Assembly: GCA_031835245.2 (NCBI GenBank)
Contig: JAVKOQ020000077.1
Location: forward strand, 124,001-188,000
Length of the DNA: 64,000 nucleotides
Origin: Balamuthia mandrillaris
Taxonomy: Eukaryota
Direction: 5' to 3'
The stretch's first letter is position 1. Each line of letters opens with the position of its first letter. The translations under genes were made by a program, and so were the position numbers. Shown here one piece after another: positions 25,083 to 34,932 of the stretch. Under the pieces are notes generated by a model. It ran no database searches. It had not been told where the DNA came from and saw only the letters and a program-made list of their open reading frames with translations.

Positions 25083-28000
25083 CTGTATCTCTTGCTACCT
25101 TTGAATTTTCGTTATCAGTTTGTCAACTTTGTAAGAAAGGCAAAGTCAGCAGGGAATGATGCCTCGGAATACCTGGAGGATTATCGGTTCATACTGCGCC
25201 ACTATGAACGTCGCCTTAAAGACGAGAACAGCATTGATTTTATCGATATGCTGAGGCTGACTTTGCGGCTCTTCCAAGAACACCCTCACGTCCTTGCCTA
25301 TTATCGAGAAAAGTATCAATGGGTTCTTGTTGATGAGTTTCAGGTCTCTTTTTGTTCTTAGTTTTTTCTTTACTTTTTTCTTCTAAAAGAACAAACGAAA
25401 CAGGACACAAACAAGCTACAATATGATCTGATTTGGGCGTTGACAGAGCATTCGGGACATTTAACAGTGGTGGGCGATGATGACCAATCCATATATAATT
25501 TCAGGGGCAGCAACTCCGAGTTTATTCGCTCCCTCCACATGCGCTTTGAGGAGAAAGCCAAGGCTGCAAACCAGATTCTGCTGGAACAGAACTACAGAAG
25601 TACTCAATCCATTACGGACTGTGCCAACGCTTTGATCAAGGTTTTGATTAAATGCTTCTGTATAGCCCATCTTTCCCCTAACTTGACAACAAAACACCCA
25701 ACTTTATTATTAGCAAAATTGTAAGCGTCTGGAAAAGAAGATGTGGACAGACAACGAGAAAGGAGCACCCGTTCAAGTCATAGAATGCCAAACGGCAGAA
25801 GAGGAATCAGACTTCGTGGTAAAGTGCATCACGCATCTTGTGGCAGAAGGCCAACGCTCTTTTGCCGACTTTGCAATCCTCTTCCGAGCTCGCAACATAG
25901 CACCTGGTTTCGAGCAGAAAATGAAACGACTAGGTATTCCCTTTAAGACCGGAGGAAACAAATCGCTGCAAGACAGAGCCGTCGTTAGGGACATTCTTTC
26001 GTATGTTACTTTATTGATCGATCCGAAGAACGACAAAGCGTTCAAAAGAGTGCTAAATGTACCTGCTAGAGGGTTAAGCAAAGGTTCGTTAAACTGTTAT
26101 CTTTGCTTACCTTTCCACTTTTTGTTCTGTTTCTCATTTCTTTAACAAAGGGGCATTTGCTTATTTGGCACAATTGGCAACGGATATGAGCGAGCAACAA
26201 CAAGCCTCATCGTTATCTTCCTCCTTTTCTTCATCCCAGTCTATCTGCTTCTCGCCAACCAGTAACAAAAAGCGAAACAAAATCAGCTTGTACGAAGCTG
26301 CGATGCATGCTTCTGCCACACGTTTTCCTGCCGTAAACTCTCCTACCCGAACTATTTGTTTGACGCCGAAACAAAAAGAACATATGAATGGCTTTCTAAA
26401 GATGATAGAAGAAATGCAAGAGAGAATTGGACATTGCACTCTGGTGGAAGCGTTGGAGTTTGTCATCGAGAGGAGCGGTTACAAAGAACATCTTTGGAAA
26501 AAACAGAACAGAGGAAACAAAAATTCGAAAGTGAAGAACGCGAAGATGAGCAAAGTGGTTCTTCCTCATCCTTCCAAAGGAAAGAAAGAGAGTGACCAAC
26601 AACAGGAAGAAGAAGAAGAAGAAGAAGAAGAAGAAGCAGCAGATTTCGGTTGTGCGGACAGAAATCCCAAGTTACCTGGAGGAGAGCACCTCGAAGAATT
26701 GATCAATCGTGCCAAACATTTTATGCAAGACGAATGGGAAAAAGATCCTTCAGTACATAACTCAGAGAAACAGGAACAAGCAGAGAAAGCTGCAGAAGGA
26801 GAAGATAAGCAAATGGGAAAAAAGAGAAGAGAGTTCATAGGACTATTCTTGAAGTGGATAGAAGCGCAGAGTCCAGAGGAAGAAGTGGCTCCCAGCAATG
26901 CCACGCCCAAAAAAAAAGAATCCAACAAGAAAAAAACTAAACAGAGCGATGTGGTTGCTGTTACAACCATCCATCAAGCTAAAGGTTTGGAATGGCCTGT
27001 CGGTATGTCTTTTTTGCTATCTCTATTCATTCTTGCCCTCTGTCTTCCTTTCAAACGTAATCCAAGACTGTTATAACTTCTGTTACACTAGTGTTTGTGG
27101 TGCGGTTCAATGAAGGTGTAATACCTGTTATTCACCGCACATCACCAAGCGGATCGTTGAGTGGCGGAGCTGACAACAAAACAGAAATGCTGCGTAGTCA
27201 CGTTGAGGAAGAACGAAGACTTGCTTATGGTTCTCTCTCTCTCTCTCTCTCTCTGTGCGAACTATTTTTATTGCTGTTGTTGTACTTCATTGTTCTTTCT
27301 AAAATGTGGCTAATTGTTCTGTTTCTCCTTTTGCGTAACAAACTTAGTGGCAATGACAAGAGCAAGACAAGTTCTTTACTTGACCTACACAAAGACGAAT
27401 ACGTTTAACAAACCCTCTCCTCAATCTCAGTTCTTACAGGATTTGCCACCCGATCGAATAGAAACGAGCATAGCTACAATGCACTTGTCTCAGTTCAGCG
27501 CAGCTTCCATCGCGAGAAAAGGCGGTTCTGTTAAACGCACTTCAGCTTCTTCTGTTGGACGTCAACTTTGTTTTGGAGAAGACAACAAGGAAGATAAAGA
27601 GAAGGAGAGAGAAAAAGAGCAGGAACATCAACAACAAACTTTTCTTACAGCAAGACAATGCATGGCGCAATCCTCCCAAAAGCAACAGGAGAAGGAAGAG
27701 AAAAAAGGAACTAACAAAGCTGAAGATACTACCAAGAAGAAAAATACTTCCTCTTCCAAACGAAAAACTACCATTGCTTCTTCTTCTTCTTCTTCTTCTT
27801 CTTCTTCTTCGAGCACAGACAACAAGGGTTCTTTCGCTGCATTCTTTGCTCCACGCAAACCTGTAATAGCCGTTCAAGACAAAAACAACGACCAACGAAG
27901 TAACGTGGCGGAAAACTCGAAAAACAGTAACGGCAACAAAGAGACAATAACTCTATCGCAGAAAAGCTCTTCAGCACCTACCAGAGCGAAACGTGGAAAA

Positions 28001-29596
28001 GAAGGAGCATATCCTCCTATACTCTTCACACGGCTTCCAGCTACTGCTTCATCGTTCTTCAACCCTTCCTCACCTCCTTCACCTCCTCCTTCTTCATCAA
28101 AGAACTTACAAACAACTACAAAAGTAAAACAAGAACAAGAACAAGAAAGCAAAAACAACGAAAAGGAACAAGCAACAGAGAAAGAAAAAGAAACCGGAAA
28201 AGAGAACGAAAACGAGACAACATCTGTAATTGTAAATAGCAATGTATTGGAACGCAGGAATAAGCGACGAAAAAGAAAGAAGTTTCTAGACGAGGATGAA
28301 GACGAAGATGACGATGTGTTTGAAGTGAATCCAACAGCAACGATAAAGAAACAGAAAAGTGAAGATATACACGAGAAACAAGACCAAAAGGAACTCGTGA
28401 CGACAGAATCAGAAGCTGTTGCTGCACAAACACAAAACAGAGAACAAAAGGGATACAAGAGAAAGGTAGAAGAACATGACGAAGAGAAACACGAAGAAAC
28501 AGAAACCACAAAGAAAACAAAGAACGAGGAGAAGAAAGTTGAAGCAGAAAACAAAAAATCTACTCCAACCGACAGCAACAACAGCATCGAGAAAGAAAAG
28601 CCGCGCAAATTAGATTTGTGCATGGCACAACCCAACGCACAACTTGTTGCTAAACCTATTCCCTCTCGCACGAAGAAGAACTTGCGAAAAGCGCTTCAAG
28701 AAGAAAACACCATTCGTTCCTGTCGTACCATTACCTCGTTCTTTGCACCAAAGGCAGGTAGTCTGCCTGCAACCACGCGCAAAGAAAAGGAATCATCTTC
28801 TTCGGCTTGTTTATCTTCCAACGAGAAAGAAAATGTGATCAACCAAAAGGCATCCAACAAATCTCCTCCTCCTTCTTCTTCTTCTTCTTCTTCTTCTTCT
28901 TCTTCTTCTTCTTCCTCTTCGTCTTCCTCTTCTTCCTCTTCGTCTTCCTCTTCTTCCTCTTCTTCTGCTGCTACTGCTTATTCTCCATCAGGGGAAAGCA
29001 AGAACATTTCTACAGCATCACCTACCTCATCTATAGACAAGTGCTTTTTAGCTGCAACAGGTACAACAAGTGCCCCTCCTCGCTTCTCTTTCGGTCAGGC
29101 TTGTCCCCATTGCACTGCTTGGTTGTCGAAAGAGCAGCTAGATAACGGTTTTCGAAAGAAAGGAGATGAAATCCAATCAACTTCAACAACAAATAACAAC
29201 GCAGACGATGAAAGGAGGAAGAATAAGGAGAGGAAAGAAAACGATTATAGATTGGACAGAACAACAGCATGCAATCGTTGTGGTAAACGGTTTGCTGCTT
29301 TGATGAAAGTTCACGTTAAACTTGTAACAACAACTAATGACGAGAAGGAGAAAGAACGAGAACAGGAAGAAGAAGTGGAAGTGATGTTTATGGGAAAGAT
29401 ACAATGTGTAACTGCCATGAAGCAAAGACTGAGGAAAGAAAAGAGAAGCGGATTTGAGAGGATGCGGTTGGCGACGGAAGACCCCGTGTTGGGTTGGAAC
29501 TGTCTCTATCACTACGGCTCGCTGAAGGAGGCGTTGCTCAAAATCTTCCCCAAAGAGAACTGGAACCGTGTTCTCTCCTCACGGAAACCTTCCTGA
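22919..29596 (+). CDS. UvrD/PcrA/Srs2-like SF1A DNA helicase with long disordered extensions (multi-exon)
   Basis: LNPLQRKAV (Q motif), AGAGSGKT (I), LTFTRAAANEL (Ia), TFHSFC, LVDEFQD (II), VGDDDQSIYNFRG (III), LEQNYRST (IV), TIHQAKGLEW (V), EEERRLAYVAMTRA (VI). Confidence 0.95.
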
Positions 29597-29708
29597 TGAT
29601 GAGCACCGTTTTCGTGACACCGGTGGCTGAGCCCTCCCAGACAAACTCACTCGTGGCTCTCTTTCGGATAGTTACTATTACAATCCTAGGATTGTTGTTA
29701 TTTATTTA

Positions 29709-30095
29709 TTAGAGACCCATATACAACACAAATAAGAAAACCAACTCGAAAAGGGCTAAAATGGCGAGAGTTATCCAAAACGCACGAACAAGCTGGCGGT
29801 CGTCGTTGACGACCTCTGTAACGCTTTCCACGGCCGCAGGCCAACAGGGGTGGCTGCTAAGCAAGTGGTAATAGCGAGCCAAGGCACTGCTTTCCGTTAT
29901 TGCAGCTGCCTCCATGTCCAAGTTTTCGCTGTTGTTGGCGGCTGTGTTTAGTTCGTTGTCTTTGGAGTCTAGGTCTTCATACCCCTCTTTTGTTGTTTCT
30001 AAGAGAGAGTCCATGTTATCATTGTAGCAGAAAGAGAGAGGGATAGACTTACTGAACCTGGCATCACTGCCTTGGTCTTCCGCCAAGTGGGCCAT
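29709..30095 (-). CDS. Small tail-anchored membrane protein, unknown function
   Basis: 128-aa ATG-initiated ORF with acidic N-terminus and C-terminal hydrophobic helix AFWITLAILALFELVFLFVLYMGL. Confidence 0.55.
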   Translation of the reverse strand: MAHLAEDQGSDARFSKSIPLSFCYNDNMDSLLETTKEGYEDLDSKDNELNTAANNSENLDMEAAAITESSALARYYHLLSSHPCWPAAVESVTEVVNDDRQLVRAFWITLAILALFELVFLFVLYMGL

Positions 30096-30267
30096 GTGTG
30101 TTTACAATTTTTTTCGCCAAAGAGAAGCACAAGAGAGATGGATGCGTTGAATTAGTTGAATTACACTTTTTTTACGTCGACAAAATTTTCTACGAAGAAT
30201 TTGATGAAACCTCTTCTCTTCCTCTCTCTCCTCGTGTCGTCGTCTGATTGTTGTTTCCTCCGTGTTA

Positions 30268-31477
30268 TGGGGCAATTCAAGTCAGCGGGTGACCCCCCTG
30301 CGCAATACACCGACGAAGTACGTTTCGTACTGCGCCACTATGAACGTCGTTTAAAGGAAGAATAGATTTTGTAGATATGTTGCGACTCACTTTGCAACTT
30401 TTCAAAGCACATCCCTCCGTTCTTGATGCTGTTAGAAAAAAGTACAAGTGGATTCTTGTCGATGAGGCTCAGGTATCAGTTCTGGCGCTGTTATAACTTG
30501 CCGTCGTTCTGCACTCTGTCATCTTGCTTGTTCATGTTGAGTGCATTTGGTGTTTCAAGTTGACTTTGTTAACCAAAAGCAAAAAACAGGATATGAACAA
30601 GCTACAACACGATCTGATCTGGGCGATGACGGAGCATTCAGTTAACAATGGTAGGAGACGACGATCAAGCCATCTATAACTTCAGAGGCGGCAGCTCAGA
30701 GTACATTCGCTCCCTCCAACAGCGTTTTGAGGAGAAAGGCAAGACCGTAAACCAGATTCTTCTGGAACAGAACTACCGAAGTTCCAAATCCATTACCAAT
30801 TGTGTGAACGCTTTAATCCAGGTTATTATTAGTATTATTTTTTTTCATTCTGTCTTGCTTGGTTTGCCTGGCTGAACACCATATGCAAACAAAAGCAAAA
30901 TCAGAAACGACTGAACAAGAAAATGTGGACGAAGAATGAGCAAGGGTCAGCTGTTCACGTAATCGCGTGTGCTTCGCCAGAGGAAGAAGCTGACTTTGTA
31001 GCACAGTGCATCCTGCATATCAAGACACAAGGCCAACTTACATTGCTGACTTTGCAATCCTCTTCAGAGCTCGCTACGTTGAACCTTCGTTTGCACAGAA
31101 ATTTAAACAACTGGACATTCCGTTTTTGACCCGAACGAGCCTACCACTTATGCACAAAGCTGTCGTTGAAGACGTTCTTGATTATGCTGGTTTGTTGAAT
31201 GAGCCAAAGAATGACAAAGCGTTTAAATGTGTGCTTAATGTTCCTGCAAGAGAGTTAGGCCAAGGTATGTAGTAATGCTTCCTTATGTTTTCCATCTTCT
31301 AATCCTATTTTTGCAGTTGTTTATCCTACAAAAAGCGACATTGGCTTACTTAAAACACCCAACCACAAAGTTGATTCAGAAAGCGAAGCAACAAGCACGG
31401 GCTTCCATTGCATCATCCTCGCATTCAACAAGCCATTTCAGCAAACGAAACGACGTCAGTTTGTATGAAGCTGCTAT
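30268..31477 (+). pseudogene. Decayed partial tandem duplicate of the UvrD-like helicase (motifs II-IV region)
   Basis: Parallels about 25140-26305: RHYERRLK, WILVDEAQ, VGDDDQAIYNFRG, LLEQNYRS, ADFAILFRAR, PKNDKAFK.VLNVPAR, SLYEAA. Introns are at the same three positions. Small frame-disrupting deletions near 30362, 30640 and 31038. Lacks motifs I, V and VI. Confidence 0.88.
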
Positions 31478-32461
31478 CTAGGGGTCTGGTGAAAATTTTC
31501 CTGACGTCAAAGCGTCCTCCACACGCACCCTTAGCTTGAAGCGAAAACAAAAGGAGAAGATAAGGGCTAGAGGACGAGCTGACACTCCGCGGGGCGGAAC
31601 CTCTTCCCGAGGTGCTACCCAGCGATAGCAGATTAATCCACACCCGCTGGGGCAAGTACTACTTGGCCATACCGATGCCTTTGGAGGGGAGCGATAATCA
31701 AGCTCCCTCCTCCTCTAGGGTGCCCAAGGTAGTGGCGATCGACCCAGGAGTGCGCACCTTTATTACTTGTTATGTGGGTCCCGAAGGCAAGGCTTACGAG
31801 TGGGGACGGAACGATATCGGACGCATCTATCGTATTTGCCACTATCTGGACGACCTCCAGAGCCGATGGGGCCAACCAGGCGTCAAAGCCAGACAGCGCT
31901 ATCGCATGCGAAGGGCAGCGGCCCGAATGAGGGAACGTATTCGCAACCTGGTGGACGAGGTACACAAGAAGATGGCCCTCTGGCTGGTCAAGAAACACGA
32001 CCTGGTGCTGCTGCCCAAGTTCGATACCAGCAACATGGTGCTCAGGCGGAGCGGGAGACGTATCCCAAGCAAGACCGCCAGAGCCATGCTGGGTTGGGCG
32101 CACTACCGCTTTCGCATGCGCTTGCTGAACAAGGCCAGGGAGTACCCCCACTGCAGGGTGGAGATCGTGGACGAGCACTACACCTCCAAGACCTGTGGAA
32201 GATGCGGACGTATCCACCAGAAACTGGGAGGGAAGAAGGTCTTCCGTTGCCCCCGTTGTCGCCTGGAAGCAGACAGAGACATCCATGCTGCCAGGAACGT
32301 CCTTTTGTGTTTCCTGGCACATCAGGACATCATTGTGGCGAAAGGTAGGGAGCTGTACGGACAGAGTCCGGCAGCATTGGGTCCTACACCCGTGAATGCA
32401 TCCACCCATTGTGGTGCATTAGTGCAAAGATTTGCAAAATGATGTGCAAGTTTAATGTAGG
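31478..32461 (+). mobile_element. 5'-truncated Fanzor2 / IS607-like element remnant
   Basis: Abrupt switch from helicase-derived sequence to intronless GC-richer sequence at about 31478, a TnpB-like ORF, and a structured 3' end finishing in GTAGG at 32461. No transposase seen in the window. Confidence 0.75.
31564..32442 (+). CDS. Fanzor: Fanzor2 (TnpB-like RNA-guided RuvC endonuclease), N-terminally truncated
   Basis: Open frame from 31564: AEPLPEVLPSDSRLIHTRWGKYYLAIP (WED strands), VVAIDPGVRTF (RuvC-I Asp), RIRNLVDEVHKK, VLLPKFDT (Pro at the canonical RuvC-II Glu), IVDEHYTSKTCGRCG (alternative Glu and Zn finger), FRCPRC, DRDIHAARN (RuvC-III Asp). In-frame stops at 31537 and 31561; first ATG only at 31675. 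Confidence 0.92.
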   Translation, partial: GLEDELTLRGAEPLPEVLPSDSRLIHTRWGKYYLAIPMPLEGSDNQAPSSSRVPKVVAIDPGVRTFITCYVGPEGKAYEWGRNDIGRIYRICHYLDDLQSRWGQPGVKARQRYRMRRAAARMRERIRNLVDEVHKKMALWLVKKHDLVLLPKFDTSNMVLRRSGRRIPSKTARAMLGWAHYRFRMRLLNKAREYPHCRVEIVDEHYTSKTCGRCGRIHQKLGGKKVFRCPRCRLEADRDIHAARNVLLCFLAHQDIIVAKGRELYGQSPAALGPTPVNASTHCGALVQRFAK

Positions 32462-32481
32462 CGTCTCCCGCTCAACACTTT
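32370..32481 (+). ncRNA. Putative Fanzor omegaRNA (fRNA) scaffold plus flank-derived guide
   Basis: Stem GGGT/ACCC (32379-32391) with loop CCTAC complementary to GTAGG (32457-32461). Hairpin AATGCA-T-CCAC-CCATT-GTGG-TGCATT (32395-32420). Hairpin TGCAA/TTGCA (32423-32436). Overlaps the ORF 3' end as in TnpB/Fanzor loci. The 5' boundary is unknown. Confidence 0.65.
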
Positions 32482-32696
32482 TTGGCTCGCGATTCCCATG
32501 GCTGGTTATCTTTTTTTGTCGACGATTCATCGAATAGTATTATTTGGGTTAATCGATACTATTTTCTAATATTGTAATTATTGTCCTCATATATCGATAT
32601 TTTTCGGTTAGGATTATCCACGCCGATCAATTTAATCGAAATTTCGTATATCCAACATGAAAATAGAAACGAGGAAGAGGACACCAAACATCAAGC

Positions 32697-34010
32697 ATGG
32701 ACGCGGCGAGTATGCTGCCCACGGAGATGTGGTACGCAGTGCTGGTCGAACACCTGCCCAAGGGGGCCAGAGGAGTAGTTGCCACCGTTTGTTGGACTTG
32801 GCGAGAAGTAATCAAGGGATTAGCCCCACCAGCGCAAGAACGTAAGATATCACGAACCTACTGCTGCGAGCACACTCTGGACCTAGCGAAATGGGCCGTT
32901 TATTACGAAATCGACTCCATGAGGAACCTCTACGACAACGACTTTATGTACGGTGCCATTTCTGTTGGCAACCTCGACGTCCTCAGATGGCTGGTGGACG
33001 AAATGGGCTGTCAAGCCCATGACGAAGGGGAGTATCTCTATCGCGCCGCCGAGTGCGGTCATTTGCACGTGCTGCAATGGCTCGTCGACGAACACGAGTG
33101 CACGATGTGCGAGACGGCTTGCGAATTTGCGGCACACGGGGGCCACCTGGATGTTTTAAAATGGGCCAAAACACAAGGATGCAATATAACGAAAGAAGTG
33201 TGCCATGAGGCCATCCGAAAAAACCGCATGGACATGTTGGTGTGGGCAACCATTGAAGGAGACGCTTGCTTGGATGCCGAAGCCTTGTCCATGGCCGTGG
33301 AGACTGGCAACTTTGAGTTGGTGGCTTGGCTTGTCGATGAAGCCGAGTGTCCATGGGACGAGACAGCTTCTTCGACAGCGGCCAGGAGTGGCAACTTGAA
33401 CATATTGCGCTGGTTATTGGAAAACGGTTGCCCTAGCAGCAGCTCTGATTTGTTCGTGGAGGCAGCAGCCGGGGGTCATATAGACACAATGCAGTGGTTG
33501 CTACATGAAGGATATCAATGGGATGAGGACACGTGTGCCAGTGCCGCACAACATGGACAGTTGGAGGCATTGCGATGGGCACGTAGTAACGGCTGTCCTT
33601 GGGACGAACAAACCTCCATCAACGCCATCGAACATGGACGAATGGACATACTTAAGTGGTCGCGGAGCATGGGATGTCCGTTGAGCGATCGCGAGTGCGC
33701 ACGCGCGGCCGCCAGAGGTCATACCGAAATTCTTCGCTGGCTGAGGGAGAACGGGTGTCCTTGGGACGGACAAACCTGTTTCAACGCCGCGAGATACGGA
33801 CACCTCGAAACGCTCGCTTGGGCACGAGAAAACGGTTGCAATTGGAATGCCGAACGTTGTAGAAACGCAGCTGGTATACATAGACATCGCCGCGTTGTAC
33901 GCTATATAACAAACACCCTCCGGCAGGAAAGTGGCTTGCCCACACGCAACAAGAGCGAATCGCATAGACGCAGAAAAAGAAGAAGAATGAATAAAAACAG
34001 TTTTGTTTGA
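32697..34010 (+). CDS. Intronless F-box-like + ankyrin-like repeat protein (giant-virus-style)
   Basis: LPTEMWYAVLVEHLP...ATVCWTWREV followed by about 12 repeats of GCPWD..TC..AA..GHL..L.W; basic NLS-like tail RRRKRRR. Confidence 0.9.
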   Translation: MDAASMLPTEMWYAVLVEHLPKGARGVVATVCWTWREVIKGLAPPAQERKISRTYCCEHTLDLAKWAVYYEIDSMRNLYDNDFMYGAISVGNLDVLRWLVDEMGCQAHDEGEYLYRAAECGHLHVLQWLVDEHECTMCETACEFAAHGGHLDVLKWAKTQGCNITKEVCHEAIRKNRMDMLVWATIEGDACLDAEALSMAVETGNFELVAWLVDEAECPWDETASSTAARSGNLNILRWLLENGCPSSSSDLFVEAAAGGHIDTMQWLLHEGYQWDEDTCASAAQHGQLEALRWARSNGCPWDEQTSINAIEHGRMDILKWSRSMGCPLSDRECARAAARGHTEILRWLRENGCPWDGQTCFNAARYGHLETLAWARENGCNWNAERCRNAAGIHRHRRVVRYITNTLRQESGLPTRNKSESHRRRKRRRMNKNSFV

Positions 34011-34230
34011 TGCCAACCTGATGTGTTTTTTCTTTTCTTTCGCCCATGCATTGAAAGTACGAAGTCAGAGAAATGCAGGACCCGCCCGTGCTGCCCATTC
34101 TGCCCGCTCACCGCATCCACCCCGACGAGGACTGGGACAACCCCACCCTGCCGGAGGGTGTTTGTTATATAGCGTACAACGCGGCGATGTCTATGTATAC
34201 CAGCTGCGTTTCTACAACGTTCGGCATTCC
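33844..34230. repeat. Perfect 84-bp inverted repeat (33844-33927 / 34147-34230, 219-bp spacer)
   Basis: GGAATGCCGAACG...CCCTCCGGCAGG is the exact reverse complement of CCTGCCGGAGGG...CGTTCGGCATTCC. Confidence 0.95.
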
Positions 34231-34604
34231 GGCCAGAGCGAGTTCCACCACCCCGAGTCCCTAATACAGCCAGCGTCCCCACGGTCTCCTGCCCTGGTTC
34301 GGTCGGGCGCCCGTCACCGCCCTCCACCCGGAGCCCATCGAGGCCCATATCCTTCACCCGGCCAAGAAGGCCGTGCACACCGCCGAGAACGTTATCAACC
34401 AAGCCTCAACAGACCAAAACGATTGGTCTTCGTCACATTCCTCTTCGCGTTCTTCTTCTTCATCTTCTTCATCGTCTTCTTTTTCTTCTTCTTCATCATC
34501 ATCTTCAGCTAGAAGACTGTTTCAATTATTTGACCTCAAGTTCGAGGGAATGTAAATAAGATTGTTTATTTTCTTCTCCACTAAAATATATTAGCTAAGG
34601 CCTG

Positions 34605-34887
34605 TTATTCGCGCAAAGCTCCTCCCTTCATGAACAAAAAAGCCATAACCCCAACAACAGCTCCTCCAAAGGCCATCTTGTACATCCAACTATGCGATGG
34701 ATGACAGTTCTTGAAGCTGTGGAGAGCTCTTTGCCAATCCGGATGGTCTTTGCCCAACTTCTCTTGCCATATGTCGAGCGCTTCTTCGTAGAAGGGAAGA
34801 GCTTTCTCCGGTTTGTTTTGTTTGACGTATAGTTCTGCTAGTTCGAATAAAGTCTGTTTTGTATTTTTTGAGCGTAAAGAGTTTAGA

Positions 34888-34932
<45 letters not shown>

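Noticed and set aside
31633..32409. 258-aa antisense ORF over the Fanzor
   Set aside because: Shadow ORF of GC-rich coding sequence with no recognisable motifs.
22919..32442. Helicase + Fanzor as a Helitron or a dedicated helicase-nuclease system
   Set aside because: The helicase is UvrD-type with host introns and has no HUH/Rep domain, and the adjacent copy is a frameshifted fragment. Proximity is better explained by duplication plus insertion or deletion.
33902..34402. Minus-strand 166-aa ORF containing NAERCRNAAGIHRHRRVVRYITNTLRQ
   Set aside because: The ankyrin-like peptide arises solely from the inverted 84-bp copy; the rest has no support as a gene.
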